Of a stretch of DNA of 64,000 nt, positions 37,650 to 51,117 are shown one piece after another. Made by a program: the position numbers and the translations under genes. Origin of the DNA: Botryllus schlosseri (taxonomy: Eukaryota); assembly GCA_051294905.1 (NCBI GenBank), contig CM119386.1:6758001-6822000 (forward strand). The letters run 5' to 3'. Within the stretch, counting starts at the first letter, position 1. Each line of letters opens with the position of its first letter. The notes under the pieces were generated by a model that was given only the letters and a program-made list of their open reading frames with translations, had not been told where the DNA came from and ran no database searches.

Positions 37650-39415
37650 CGTTCACATTATCTTTTGGTGCCATTACCTGGAACCAGGGGTGGTCAGTAA
37701 CGAAGTACTTCTTCTTTTTCGAAGTACTCAAGTAGTTTTCCTCTACTTCTGGTACTTACTCAAGTAGATCTGATTTTTGCTACTTCTACTTCTATTTCAT
37801 AATATTTTGTGATCTACTTACTTACTTACTTCTCGCTATTTTCAGTTTGTCAAGTAGAAGTAGTTCAATCTTCCAATCAGGAAGATAGCCTGAGCAATTT
37901 CGGGGCTGTTTTCACGGAGTACCAACATTTAAGTTCCATAAAAGTTGAGTAAGCCCAGAATTTTCGTCGCGCTTCGCGCGCAGTGGATATGTCGTTACCA
38001 GTATGAATTCATGAAAGTATCGATGAATATAATCTAGATAGCGGGTTGGCGTGATTCCGTTCACACAGGGATATTTAGAACTAGATATCTAGATATCCCT
38101 GAGTTCACACCACATTGTCACCCTTCGCCCATATGAAATTATTAATCGCAATATATATGGCTCATCATAACGTTTGAAACTGATGTTTCGCAATCTAGCA
38201 TTTACTTGTCATATCGTAATCTAGCATGTCCATAGCGCTTCCTAACCTGGAAAAGTGGACTCTGGCATATTTTGTTAGTTTTAGAGCTGTTTCAGCATAC
38301 CACCTTTGAAACTTTCTGGACTAAAGGCATGAAAAACGCGTTCCACTTTTAGAACAAGTATTTCTGTTTCATTTTCAATTCCCAGAATCATATACTTTGA
38401 ATTATAATTAATATCGGTTCTTTTGTATGGATAACATACATGTTGAAGTATAAAAGCAAGTGTAGTAATGCCTTTAGTTTCTGGAAATAAAGCTACACAA
38501 TATGGCATTTTTACGGTCCACCATATTTTTTATTAACGTTTGCTAATCGCGCAAACTGTTTACACCGTATCCTATACAACTTATCCGTATTGCTCTTCCA
38601 CTAAACTACGGACCTTATAATATGGGGGATGGCGCCATACCATGCTATTTTCTAAAACGTGCTGTTCGAGAAAACAGAATTCGTATCGCATTTCCATATT
38701 AATCCTATCATTTTGATCCCTTATGCTATCGAAAATTGGATACCTGCTGGTATGCATCAATGTAAATCAAGCTCGGCCCCTTTCGCATAGCTCAGTTTGC
38801 ACCTTTATACAATCCATGTGAACAAATTAGGATCGTTTTCACATCTACTTACTTACTTGAGTACTTTTAAAGTCTGTCAATTCTACTTCTACTTCAAGTA
38901 GTTTTAGGTTGCTTATGGAATAAGTACTTCTACTCGTTCTTGAGTAGATTTTTTCGTCACTACTTCTACTTCTACTTGAGTAGCTTTCTTGACTACTTTG
39001 ACTACCTCTGCCTGGAACTCTCTACCAGAAGACCTCAGAAATTTGCGTGATCATCTATTTAAAAAACGTTATCGGAAACACATATTAGATAAGTATTGAT
39101 TAAATGCAGATATTGCAATTGATGTCTTGTGTTTTTAAGTATCGTGAAATCTGCACTTTAAATTCAGTCCTGCACTCCAGTCCTAAAACTTTGATGTATA
39201 TAGCTCGTTCTATCCTTGTTGATTTTTCCTATGCATTTCTTGTAGTTTTGTATATTTATTTTTCATCCTTATGCACCATTGATTGGAATGTGTATACTCC
39301 TACAGGTGGCGACTGTGTGCTAAGCCCTTTCGGCTCCTCGTCGTCATCCTGGTCCGTACCGGATTTTCGCTGGTGTGAAAAATAAATGATTGATCGATTG
39401 ATTGATTGATTGAAA
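37650..39415 (+). mobile_element. CR1/L2-like LINE 3' end, interrupted by a hAT element
   Basis: Removing 37685-39010 and one TSD restores SFGAITWNSLPEDLRNLRDHLFKKRYRKHILDKY*, followed by a 3' UTR and an (ATTG)n tail at about 39385-39412. Confidence 0.8.
37685..39010. mobile_element. AGTAGA-family hAT element, about 1.3-kb form
   Basis: Collinear with 22023-23308; perfect TSD cctggaac. Confidence 0.92.
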
Positions 39416-39774
39416 TAGAAAGGAAACTGGAAATTTCCTAGGTAGGTCAGACAATTGAACTGAAAATAAATGTACATCGATGCATTATGCTTTATATACT
39501 GTGTAAGCTACAATATAGCTCGCGGACTGCTGTAGTTAGCTGCCACACACTGATAGCTTTGTAGACAGGATACGAGTCGTCTCTCAGATGTTTCGTTTGC
39601 CCTTAAATCTACAGTACACACTAGTGGTATCTTTGCAAGTAACAGTTTTGAATTTATGGTACTAGTTCACAACAAAAATGCATTTTTATTAAAGGGAAAC
39701 TTATGGAAATATTTTACGAGTGACCATATTCTAAATTATTTATTACTCAGTATAAACTACAATCTAAACTAAAG

Positions 39775-40004
39775 ATGAAACAAAGAACCACTACCACAAC
39801 TACTATTTCCACAACGACAACTTCACAAGTAACAATTGGCGTGAACGTCGGATTCTTAACGACTCCTTCTGGTATTCTTATCATCGTGGAATTCGTTCTT
39901 ACATTGCTTGCGTGGACCCTGTTGGTTAGTGTGGAGTGGTACGTTCGGGAACCATCACTCGGCTTTGCTGCGTTCGGATTCATCTTTAGCTGGTTGATTA
40001 CATT
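39775..40004 (+). CDS. MARVEL-domain 4-TM protein, copy 2, coding exon 1 (gene join 39775-40004, 43026-43175, 44089-44251; 180 aa)
   Basis: Paralog of 7976-8205 with the same 230-nt length and TT|gtgagt donor. Spliced product: MKQRTTTTTTISTTTTSQVTIGVNVGFLTTPSGILIIVEFVLTLLAWTLLVSVEWYVREPSLGFAAFGFIFSWLITLGFFIVFVFGLHESTFANLPWGMIQIFCNLVFALLCFISACCVAANASGWSNLQASCAFGFFATIFYAISVLVSFRKVYGRLFVRMVPTSQPTHERNRFIVQSL*. Confidence 0.9.
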
Positions 40005-41033
40005 GTGAGTACAGCCATTCACGACCAGGAATATTCGAAAGTTCAGGCTATAGTTATATCCATAGTGTAGGGGTATCCAACACCCGACAGTACGCGAGCT
40101 GATTTTTACATGACGTGCGAATTGATTTTGAGTGTACCGGGGACTACGATCGTAAGTCCAGAGCCCCTGATACGTCACAATCACCCTTTCTAATAGGCAT
40201 CCCCTTTTCGAAGAAATAAACATAAATTTAATAGCGGAAATCATGACTGTTGCTGCTATCCATTGTTTGATAGAATTGGTTGTAAAACCACGACTGAACG
40301 TGGTATTCGGTTACTGATAAACAATGTGTTTATATGTACTTGATTTTATCGATTTTTCCTTGGCTTCTTGACATTCAATCACTAGGTTGAAATCAAGGGG
40401 GTTAAGCTTTCTTACGGGTTTCAGCTTTCAGATATGCGGTTGGTATGATTACTCGCTCATTTGAGTCGGACATTGTGACAAAATTCAAAATGCTTCTCAC
40501 TATGTTCTTATGTAGGCGCTAAATTGCCGACTTATTTGAGCCATTTCAGAGCATGTAAACGCAATGTTCAGTAATTCACATGATGTATTCACCGCCATAT
40601 AGCGTTAGTAATACCTTAGAATTTTGCTACGTTAACTCAGAGGTGGTAAAAGTGGTGAAGACTCCAGAACGCTACCACAGTAGAAGAAGTAGCTACGCAG
40701 AATTTTACTCAAGTACGAGCCGGAGTAGTGTTTTCCGAAGCAGTCCAATACTACTTCAGATCCAAATGGGCTTTACATCCCGTATGCGGGAGATATATCT
40801 TTCAATCGTGTGATGCAAATGATACCTCCACCATAGAATAGTAGTAGGCCTACTCTATCTTTGTTTCACCTCAGTACTTCTTTTAGAAATTGAGCGGCTA
40901 TACACCCTCCTTCATTATAAGGATCGTTACCCTCATAACTTCTACCTTCATGTAACCTATAGTTATAAAAATCGCTACTTCTTGTAATTGAGTGGCGAAC
41001 ACTGGCAACATTAACATAGGCTATACGTGATTA

Positions 41034-42959
41034 CACTGGACAACAAAAATATTTCATCATAGTATGTGAGAACGATATGAGGGTAAATCGGGGGCGTTGA
41101 GCTCGAAAATAGCATTGGTTTCTGCGAATTAGCTCTATTTTTTCAGGATATCACCGAATTAGTCATTTTTATTTATTTATTTATTTTTATTTTATTCAAA
41201 CTAGGTTACATTTTATCCAAACTAAAGTAAATGTTTTAGTAGGTCCAATCTGTATTCGTAATAATGTTGAGGAGTCAGTGTTATCGTACTATAATTCGAA
41301 ATCAGGTCTGGCAGGGACGTAAAGCTGCGACTGGAGAATTTCAGGGTAGTGTGTAATTGGCTGTAAAGCAGAGTCAATGTTTAGGAATTGCTATGACTTC
41401 TTCTTTGGCCTCATGTATGTAAATTAGGTGTTTCTCCACATAATGTTAGAATTGTAGGCCTACTACTTATCTTCATTTCTGGTTGGAACTATTTGTCCTG
41501 GAGAAGTAGTTTGGCCTGAAAAAAACTTATTTGACTAAGAAACTGACAAATCTTTACATGAATTTTTTTTACTGAAATCTGGACCTATGAAGAATTCCAG
41601 TATAGTTACATCACGCATTATGGTAGAAATAATTAAAAAAATTGTAGTACAACAACGAAAGACACTTTCCGGAATTCTCGGGTAGAAAGTGTCTGTCCTT
41701 ACAAAGTCAAGAATGGAGGAAGAACGTTCAACAGCAGCAATTGTTTGCTGGCAACACTGAAGTTGTGCGTATACACTTCTGGTGACACACCGTGTAGCTT
41801 CATTCTGATAATGTTGTCCACATAACAATTTTTCATCATGCGCTTCTTGATATAAGAACCAATGCCCATGCAATCAGTTTTGCTTCAGTTAGGATATTGC
41901 GGTACGTTCAGCACAACACCATGCCAACCTATTAATTTCATTTGGCCGTTTATGATGCACAATGAACAGATAATGTGCCATCTACAATGGTAGGCCTATA
42001 AAGTAGGCTAAAAGCTGTAAAATGTCGTACGATAAGTTCACCGACTGTGCAATCATTTACGATACAAACGAAGTGCAGGTCGCAAAAAAATCTTGACTTT
42101 GTAAACAACTGTGACAATTTTTGGACCTAACGCCACAATCAGGTTTCATATTTACTAGAACGGATATATTCTACTAATAAATAATATTGAAAAATGTGCC
42201 CATCTAGTAGAAGCGATATCGTTTCTCGCAAGCAGAACGCCGTGGCGAAGGCCACGGTATCAGCGCTGTGGAAAATCCACGATCGTTTGAAACATAAATA
42301 AATCAAATAAAAAAGTCATCACACCTTGCAGTGGGCAATAACTGCTCAAATACTTCGTAGTTCTCACAGCACACAATGAACCACGCTTTTTAGGGATACT
42401 GCCGACTGCTAACTTAGTCCATTGATTGGCAAGATCAAGTAACAATAGACTTTTCTGATGCAGCTGAAAAAATAAACGGAGGACCCTAAATTGCCCTGAC
42501 TGAATCGATCCTGAATTTTTAAGGCGAATTTAGCTGTTTTATTTATCAGTCGTTTCAACACTATACAACAGTTGCCTTCTAAACCTACACCGGCCCCATT
42601 TGCTCTCAGCGCCTCCTACCGCCAAATTTCCTATCCAGTGCCCCCCAATCACCCATTTCATGGCCATCGCCCCTTCGCACTCGCGAACGCCCCCCAGGGG
42701 GTGCTGCAGCCAACTTTGGGAACCACTGATATCAACTAATCTAAGCCCATATTCACCTCCTCCAGCGCGAGTTAAGCTACATTACACACAAACATACTAC
42801 TTTTCTAGCATATGCAGGAAGAGGCAATATCTCAAAAGATGGATCCAATTCGGCAGAAGCAATGGCATTATCGGACTCAGCGCCCCTTATATATCCTACC
42901 CCTGGATCGATCTCACATACCATGATTTTTGAAAGAAAATTATTTTTTGTTGCCCTATG
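41034..42959 (-). mobile_element. Chapaev-like element in MARVEL-2 intron 1
   Basis: Imperfect TIR cactggacaacaaaaata / catagggcaacaaaaaata; TTA on both flanks; cggactcagcgcccc subterminal motif; decayed Cys/His-rich ORF at 41535-41873 (-). Absent from copies 1 and 3. Confidence 0.6.
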
Positions 42960-43025
42960 TTATTGTTAACGATTTCCACTGCATCAGTTTCAATAATTGC
43001 ACAATGCACATTGATAATTTCACAG

Positions 43026-43175
43026 GGGATTCTTCATAGTTTTTGTATTCGGTCTACATGAAAGCACGTTCGCGAACCTGCCCTGGGGAATGATTCAAAT
43101 TTTCTGTAACCTGGTATTTGCATTGCTGTGCTTTATTTCTGCGTGTTGTGTTGCCGCCAACGCGAGCGGGTGGAG
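43026..43175 (+). CDS. MARVEL copy 2, coding exon 2
   Basis: Acceptor tttcacag| and donor GGAG|gtaaag; 150 nt, open frame, many synonymous differences from copy 1. Confidence 0.9.
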
Positions 43176-44088
43176 GTAAAGTAATACTCAAACTTCTATA
43201 TTCCTTCCCTCTAAATAGGATGCGACCCACCCGAGATGCATTTACTTGGCGACGTTAGCGTGTGCTTTAGTCCCTACTTACACTGTGTGGCATAGCAATT
43301 AGCAACGTTCTGATCGTTTTCTGGTGTGATGTTATAGTTGTAGATAACTATCTCACGGATAGATGCGAAACTGATGTAAAAGGTTGGTTACGGTGACCTG
43401 ACCAGTGACCACATTATCATTTTTATTTTTGGGATAAGTGTGCCAGCAGCTGTGCTTTCATTTTGAACCAGCTTTAATAAATATTGCGCTCGGGTCGCCA
43501 GCTATAAGATTACCATATCTGTTTGCGAAGCAACCAGAAATTACAAGCCAAATTCTGTTGCCCAACCGTGCAGTCCCACCTTTCGCATCTATTCATATGT
43601 TAGTTACATATATATAGTGATATTCAACTATGGGCCAAGTTTATTACAAATAGTGTATGTCATTGCTATTTGTGGCGACTAACCCCAGTGTACAGGAGTA
43701 TCAGGCCTCTGTTTGATTTTAGAACAGTGTTATGCTAAGTCATTTCAAGTAATGCATACAAACAGTGCGTAGGCCTATACGTTACTCCATTGCGTAAATT
43801 GTAGACTTGATATACTGGCATATCAACAAGAAATAATGGTTCATCGCCATACCGACTTGCGTGCCTGCAATGTGTTTTTGTTATAACCCATTTCAGGCCT
43901 TTGAAAGCCTATTGCGATCCTGTGCTCTAACAGACATAGTGTGGGTTGGGCACGAGATGTTAAAAATGTAAAATATCATGCCTATTGATAAGTGCAGTCT
44001 CTAGTTGGGTGACGAAGCCACTTCAACTACCTGTGGAATGATACTATCGATGAGATATTACTTGGATTGTATGCATTTTGTTTTCTAG

Positions 44089-44251
44089 TAACTTACAAGC
44101 AAGCTGTGCGTTCGGATTCTTCGCAACTATCTTCTACGCCATTAGCGTGCTTGTGTCGTTCCGCAAAGTGTATGGGCGGTTATTTGTCAGAATGGTGCCC
44201 ACCAGCCAGCCAACACATGAACGAAACAGGTTCATTGTTCAAAGCCTCTAA
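44089..44251 (+). CDS. MARVEL copy 2, coding exon 3 (tail frameshifted after TM4)
   Basis: Acceptor ttttgttttctag|. TM4 is intact. A 1-nt deletion near 44180-44187 relative to copies 1 and 3 bypasses the ancestral TGA (44218-44220), so the frame ends at TAA 44249-44251. ATTAAA at 44339-44344. Confidence 0.85.
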
Positions 44252-44674
44252 CTGACTTTATCGTACCAAAATAACCTATTCGAACAGCACTTATGCTGCT
44301 TTTCTACTGGATTTACGCGGTATTTCGCTTGCTACCAAATTAAAGCTATATTATAAAGTATATATATATATATAATACTACACTGACTATGGGAAATCTC
44401 ACGTTCCTATTAATCTCTTTATATAGAGAAGCAGGAAATATGGTATATTGCCGCGGATTGTTTTAGTGGCGGCTCCAGGATGTTCAGTCGAGCGTGGTAA
44501 AAAGTATTGTAGTTATATAGCTCGCTGGTGGTGTGCCTGGGGTTATTATGGGCGGGGTGGGGCACTAACGCGAAACTAGGTGTGGTGAACTAACACTACA
44601 AAGATAAGAATCGCTCGCATGGTGACCCGTTCAGGTAGGTGCTGTGGTGAACTAACATTAAAACCGGAGGTGGC

Positions 44675-46370
44675 CAGAGGTGGTCAAAGTAGCCAAGAAA
44701 ACTACTCAAGTACGAGTAGAGTATTACTTTCAAAAGCAACCTAAAACTACTTGAAGTAGAAGTGGTATTGACTGACGTTAAATCTACTCAAGTAAGGAAG
44801 TACTTGTGAAAACGATCGTAATTCGTTCGCATGGACTGTCAACAGCTGCAAATTGAGCTATGGGAAAGTACCTGAGCGTGATTCACTTTGATGCATCCAG
44901 GAGGTATCAATCTTCGACAGCATGAGCAATGCGCATTCGTCAGCATCATGGGATGAAAATTATACTATTGATATGGAAATGCGATGCTAATTCTCTGTTT
45001 ACTCGAACAGCCCGTTTTAGAAAATATCATGGTATGGCGCCCTCCCCCATACTATAAGGCCCGTAGTTAAGTCGGAGAGCAATACGAAGAAGTTATATCG
45101 GATACGGTGTTAACGATTTGCGCGATTAGTAAACGTAAATAAAAAACGTGGTGGTTCGTAAAAATGCCACATTGTGTACTTTATTTCCGGAAAATAAAGA
45201 CTTTACTACACTTGCTTCTATAGGCCTACTTCAACCTGTATGTTCTCCAGACAAAGCAACTGAAACTAATTATTGTCCAAAGTAGGATACTGGGAATTGA
45301 AAGAGAGATATAAACACTATTTCTAAAAGGCGGAAAATATATTTCATGACTGTAGTCCTGACAGTTTCGAAGGTGGTCTGCTAAACATATGTCTGAAGCT
45401 AAAAAAGTCAAGAGCTCACTTTTCCAGACTGGACTGCTAGATTACGATAGACTACGATTACGATTACGATATGATAAATGCTAGACTGTGAAACATCAGC
45501 TTCAAACGTTATGATGATGATCCATATTTACTGCCATGAAATATCTCATACCGGTGACAATGCGATCTGAACGGAACCACGCAAACCGCTATATGGCGCT
45601 GTCTAATTTATATTCATCGATACTTCCGTGAAATCATATTGATCGCTCCATATCATTACTGCGCGAAGCACGGCGAAAATTATGGGCTTTACTCTACTTT
45701 TAAGAAAACTATATGTTGACACTATGTGAAAACAGCCCCAAAATTCTCCAGGCTAGTTATCTGATTGGAGGATTGAACTACTTCTACTTGAAAAACTGAA
45801 AATAGCGTAAAGCAAGTAGGTAGATCACAAAATATTACGAAGTAGAGGTAGCGGGAAATTTGATTTACTTGAGTAAGTATCCAAGTAGTGGAAAACTTGT
45901 TACTGCAGTAATCTGCAGTGCATAATAATTATCAACAATCGATTAGGCGCCGCAATGGTTGTTCTCTTATGTTGATTGAGCGCCGCCTCAAGTTTATTCG
46001 GCTTTGTCGTTGGTGCTGCGTGTTGATACGTTGAGTTGGTACGCTGTTAGTTGTTATTCGTGGTATCTGTCTGTGGTCACTAGTTACTGACATGTGTTTC
46101 TATTGCTCAGGCTTGTCTCCATAAACGCAGGCGACCACCACAATTTTAAAACCTAGTCTGACGACATACCTTATTTGCTGCAATTGGACATCCATTTGTT
46201 ACGTCGTTCGTTTAAATATATTATTTCAACCTTCTTCAACGGATCATCGTTTGTCGGGATCGGTCGTGTGATTTGAGTTCAAATAAAAGTGGTTTCAATA
46301 CCTCTCCTCAAGAGCAGTTACAGTACTTCAAAAAAGTAGAAGTAGGCTACTTCGTTGCTGACCACCTCTG
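44675..46370. mobile_element. AGTAGA-family hAT element containing a probable solo LTR
   Basis: TIR cagaggtggtca...tgaccacctctg; TSD gaggtggc/ggggtggc. Confidence 0.88.
45898..46322 (+). mobile_element. Probable solo LTR
   Basis: Insertion into the hAT terminus with tgttac...gttaca ends and AATAAA about 35 nt before the end; TSD not clear. Confidence 0.55.
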
Positions 46371-46725
46371 GGGGTGGCATGCTAACGTTTCAGGTATATA
46401 GGCTGTGGTGGTGAAGTGACCCTTATTGACCCTCATAGGATGTGTTGGTATGGTGTGGTATAGTGATCGGTTGTGAACTAACACTACCGGGATAGGGGGC
46501 TTTTATCAAGTGTAGAAAGAGTCACGCTATTAGGTCTTGCGTGTATGCGTTATCATCAAATTAATATCCGATTTGGGTCAAGTCTTACGAATGTGAAAAC
46601 CTTTCACAGTTGAATAAAAAGATGGATCGTTGAAAGATGAATACAACTGAGCTTGATATGGATTGCAGGTTGCGGTGGTTGTCTACTTGTGTAATCTTAC
46701 GGGTCAAGCGTCGAAATATATCACT

Positions 46726-46883
46726 TGTGGCGGCTCTACAAGGCGCGCTGATCGAAGTTTTGATTGCCAATTTGTTAATGCTTCCGCTTCCCTTTTTTAA
46801 TGCATTTATTTTGATCTGTTTTCTCGTGCAGTTAGGATTCTCGTCAGGCTGTCGTCGCGAGTGAAGGTCGACCGGACTCTACA
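46726..46883 (+). mobile_element. Diverged LTR-like sequence related to the Gypsy 3' LTR at 49581
   Basis: tgtggcggctctacaaggcgcgc...gattgccaatttgttaatgcttccgc aligns with tgtagcagctccacaaagcgtgc...gattgccaatttgtgaatgcttccgc; ends in ctaca. Confidence 0.55.
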
Positions 46884-47227
46884 GACAGTTTCGGTACTAC
46901 GATAGAGACAGTAATTGTTTGCTTAGCAGAATCAGGTCTTGCAATCATCAGTCATCAATCGTTCATATAAGGCAAGAGCACCAAGCTCTTCCTCCATACT
47001 GACAGTTTTTGAACTCATAGGAATGGAGGAACAGAGTCAGAGTATGGAGGTCAGCCTATTGCGCGGCAACTTGAAACGCGGATGTGCGGATGATCCGTCT
47101 ATCGACGCGGAGTCAAAACAAAAGATGTTTGTTTGTTTGTTTGGGGTATTCATGGTGTTTGTTGACTAGGTAATTTACACCAGACCAACTTTCTGCATTT
47201 TTGATTCCGTATATGCCGACTTTTAGC

Positions 47228-47551
47228 CAGAGGTGCTCAGTAACGAATTACTTCTACTTTTTTGAAGTACTCAAGTAGTTTTCCTCTACTTCTGGTACTT
47301 ACTCAAGTAGATATTTTTTCGCTACTCCTAGCTCCATTTGCAGCTTTGGACAGTCCATGCAAACGAATTACAATCGTTTTCTTATCTACTTACTTACTTG
47401 AGTAGATTTAAAGTCAGTCAATTCGACTTCTACTTCAAGTAGTTTCAGGTTGCTTATGTAAGAAGTACTTCTACTCGAACTTGAGTAATTATTTTCGTCG
47501 CCACTTCTACTTCCACTTGAGTAGCTTTCCTGACTACTTAGACCTCCTCTG
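47228..47551. mobile_element. Short internal-deletion derivative of the AGTAGA family
   Basis: Both terminus types are joined with almost no interior. Confidence 0.8.
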
Positions 47552-48049
47552 CTAGCATGGCCCACTTATATGCTTTTTGTAAGACACCGCTTATGCTCAC
47601 AAAGAGGTTATACTGGAACAAACACACCTGTCTTTACAGTCTTTCTTTCGAGCAATAAGCAACGCCATCGAAGCCCTTATCCACTCTTTATGGACAACTG
47701 CATAAAACAATGATCGGGAAATCGGGAAATTTAAGACCCTTAGCTTCTGGTGACCTACTACTACACAGTTCCTTCCCGACGACATTGAGTAGTAGGCCTC
47801 GTAATATAATCTGATAACTGGCGATAATAGTGTTATTAGTTCACAGACCTAGCCGTTAAGAACGCAGTTCAAATAGAGATGATCTGCTTCAGATATTCAC
47901 GGGGATTGAAAGAGGACAGTTTCAATCAAACTAGGTGAGCAAAATTATTAAAGAGCTTCTTGGAGGTACAGAATTTCAGTATTCAAAAATCCTTAACTGG
48001 CCATGAACTTGTGGCCGGCCACGATGGATCAGTGTGGCCGCCCATGAAA

Positions 48050-49731
48050 TTCACAGTGGTCGGCCGAGTTGAGACCCATACTGCCCTATGACACCCGGTT
48101 GAAGAGCCCTAATCTAGATAGGTCTAACCCACGGGATTTTTCTCGGCGGGCTGATCAAATGTGGCTATGGATATCCGCCGATTACAGTATTAGTATACTA
48201 AGTAAGATCAAACCGGTCATTCCTAAAACGATTGAGCCGGTTTCAAACTTCTGCTTCTACCATCGACAATTTGGTAAGAAAACACGACAATCCTGCCCTC
48301 CATGTGCTTGGCAACAGAAAAACGATAGAGCCGGTTGTCCGCAGTAAACGTGGCAACCGGCCAACATTTACTTTACTTGCAAGACCTGAGATATAACTTC
48401 CTTTTTCTTGTCGAAACCGGGGCGAAAGTCAGCGTATTCGCACCCACCAGGCTCGAATGTAGACACGAAGCCTTTGGTCCGCTGCTTACGGCCTCGAACA
48501 GAAGCATCATACGTACTTGCGGGACCAAGCTTTTCGTTGGGGTTCCCGTCAGGCAAATATGGTTGGGTATTCACCGTGGTTTACGTGTCCCAGATAGGGT
48601 TGCATTTAAAACAAAATCAAGGAAAAAAAAAACAAGGGAAGACGTATTTGCAGACGATGGTAGATCGTTTCACTCGCTGGCCGGAGGCGATAGCAATGGA
48701 GGACTCGACAACACTGACGTGCGCCAGAGCCTTCATTGCCAAATAGGTGAGACGTTTCGGTATTCTAGCACATATAACTTTAGTGTAGTGGTATAGCGGT
48801 CGTAGCTCGACATCTGAAGGTTCCCTTGCTCACTTTACGATAAAGGCAATTCCGACACGTATCTCTTCCGATCGGCAACCGCAGTTAACCTCGATCGATC
48901 AGCTACCAAAGGTGTTCCCACGCAAGATGACGAGTTCTCACCAACAAGCCTCGTGGAACGTTTTCACAGACAGTTGAAAAGTTCCCTTATGGCGAGACCG
49001 TCTGGTCCAAACTGCGTGGATCAGCTACCTTGGGTGCTTATAGGTATCTGCACAACACCCAAAGAGGATTTGGAAGCCTCTTCCTCTTCCGCCAAACATG
49101 TGTACGGTGCAGCAGCATTGACGGTTCCAGGTGACTTTGTTCCTTACTTAGCAGAGAGCGATAAACGATTCGCAATCTCCTTCCACGGCCAATGTAACGT
49201 CACGGCATGTCGAAAGCTACAGCTCCGAGAAGTCTGAAGAAATGCCCATATGTGCTCATTCAAAGGGGTGCACTGCACAACGGCTACCGTTGACCTTGCG
49301 ATGGGCCGTACAAGGTTTTGCAGAAATCAGCAAAGTTGTTCACGCTATTCATAGGCGGCAGACCGGATGTGGCATCCGTCGATCGTCTGAAGCCAGCATA
49401 TATGGATAGAAAAGGACCACTGGAAGTGGAATTGGAAGTGGCACAACCTTCAAGACGCGGTAGTCCACCACGGCAAATACGCGAGATCGAGCAATCACGC
49501 GATTTTCAAGATGCAAGAAGATCTAAACGCAACAGGCATCCTCCATCTCGCTACGGTTCCTGAGGCGGTGGAGGGAGTGGTGTAGCAGCTCCACAAAGCG
49601 TGCTCGTCGAAGGATGATTGTCCGATTGCCAATTTGTGAATGCTTCCGCGTCTCTTTTCAATACATGCATGTTGATGTGATTTATATTGCAGTTACTAAA
49701 TTCGCCCGTGATTAACGGAGCTCTCGCTACC
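48050..49731 (+). mobile_element. Degenerate Ty3/Gypsy retrotransposon (CsRn1-like), RT/RNase H deleted
   Basis: Gag knuckle CFYHRQFGKKTRQSCPPCAW; protease FLVETGAKVSV; integrase TMVDRFTRWPEAI, ERFHRQLKSSL and VDRLKPA; PPT gaggcggtggagggagtgg followed by a TG-start LTR at 49581-49731. Confidence 0.88.
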
Positions 49732-49753
49732 CCCTATACTCATTAGGTCCATT

Positions 49754-51117
49754 CAGTGTTGGTATCAAGTCACTACCTTCGAATCACGAGTCATCTCGAG
49801 TCATTGCACATTTTGACTCGAGTCAAGTCAAGTCAATCGACTTTCAAAGGTGACTCGAGTCAACTCAAGTCACTCGTTTTTTGGAGGTGACTAGAGTCAA
49901 GTCAAGTCAAGTCACGAGTCAAGTCACAATTCAAGTCAAATTGAATTTTCGAAGTATGAGTGATCATTTAAATTCATTATATTTTACTAGGTGTGTTAAA
50001 GAGATCAATCGGTCATTTATCTTGAATCAAATAACGAATTCAAAGTTAAATATACATGCAAAAATGCGTTGTATCGCGCACGCACACGTAGAACTGCTAA
50101 TAAAACACGTAAGTAACTGTATAGTAAGTAACTGTGTCAAACATACGACCCGCCAAATGATTTCATTCGGGCCGCGAAGACATTCTGAGTATATGTTGTA
50201 AATTGCGTGATTTTATCCAACACATTTCTCGAATTTGTAGTAAGAAATACTACTAATAAATATTCCTTCAAGATGGCAAATTTCGGGTATGTTCATAGGC
50301 CACATTAAAACAACCCGACAGCGGAGTTGTGATTGTGGTTATCGTCAGGAGAAAATCGCTGACATTAACACCCAATTCCGAGAATGCGAAAAAGTGCATA
50401 TATTGAGTTAAGTCTGTTAAAAGTTAGTAATATTTTGGAATCATTTGACTGGTGCGGCCCGCAAGTAATCTGTATATTTGAATTCGATCCGCAACGTCAG
50501 TTGAGTTTGACAGCTCTGAGCTACATGCTACATTCTCTTATTATCAGCCAAAATAGAGGATCGAATACGAAGCCTCGAGAAGATGAAAGAAATTGATATC
50601 GTACAACACACTAGCCATATATATATACATCTGTGAGGATATAAATGCATAAAATATATTTGTTAGATTCAAATCATACAAGAGGGTTGGTAAAGGTGAG
50701 TGCCGTGCAATGTAAGGACAGAGCCGTCCAATAAACAGCGATACGTTGCCATCAAATTAATCTGCTACTACGACAACGCCAGCTGTGATCATTTCGTATG
50801 CGGTCAGTGTATTTGTGATGTAATAATCAAGGATCAGTGAAACGTACGATCAGTGAATGACTGGTTGCTCTCACAAGTTACAACGGCGTAACGTGAATAA
50901 TCCGAACATGCACAATGATTTAGTCGACACCGTTTACTTGATGACTTGAAATTGACTCGTAAATTTTGCTCCGAGTCACGAGTCAATCCACATTTTTGAA
51001 GCTCCGAGTCAAGTCAAGTCAAGTCATTTTTGCAAAGTGACTCGAGTCAAGTCAAGTCATTCGAAAAAGTTGACTCGAGTCTGACTCGAGTCAATGACTC
51101 GAGTCATCCCAACACTG
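49754..51117. mobile_element. GAGTC-repeat hAT-like non-autonomous element
   Basis: TIR cagtgttgg...ccaacactg; perfect TSD ggtccatt; subterminal gactcgagtcaagtc arrays. Confidence 0.9.

Larger units (their letters stand above)
23707..44510. repeat. Segmental duplication unit 2
   Basis: Starts with tgatcactgaaagaccg, identical to window positions 1-17. Homology to unit 1 ends about 260 nt after the MARVEL-2 stop. Confidence 0.88.

Noticed and set aside
43159-43167. N-A-S sequon in MARVEL-2 loop 2
   Set aside because: The loop is only about 7 residues, probably too close to the membrane for efficient glycosylation; there is no evidence of use.
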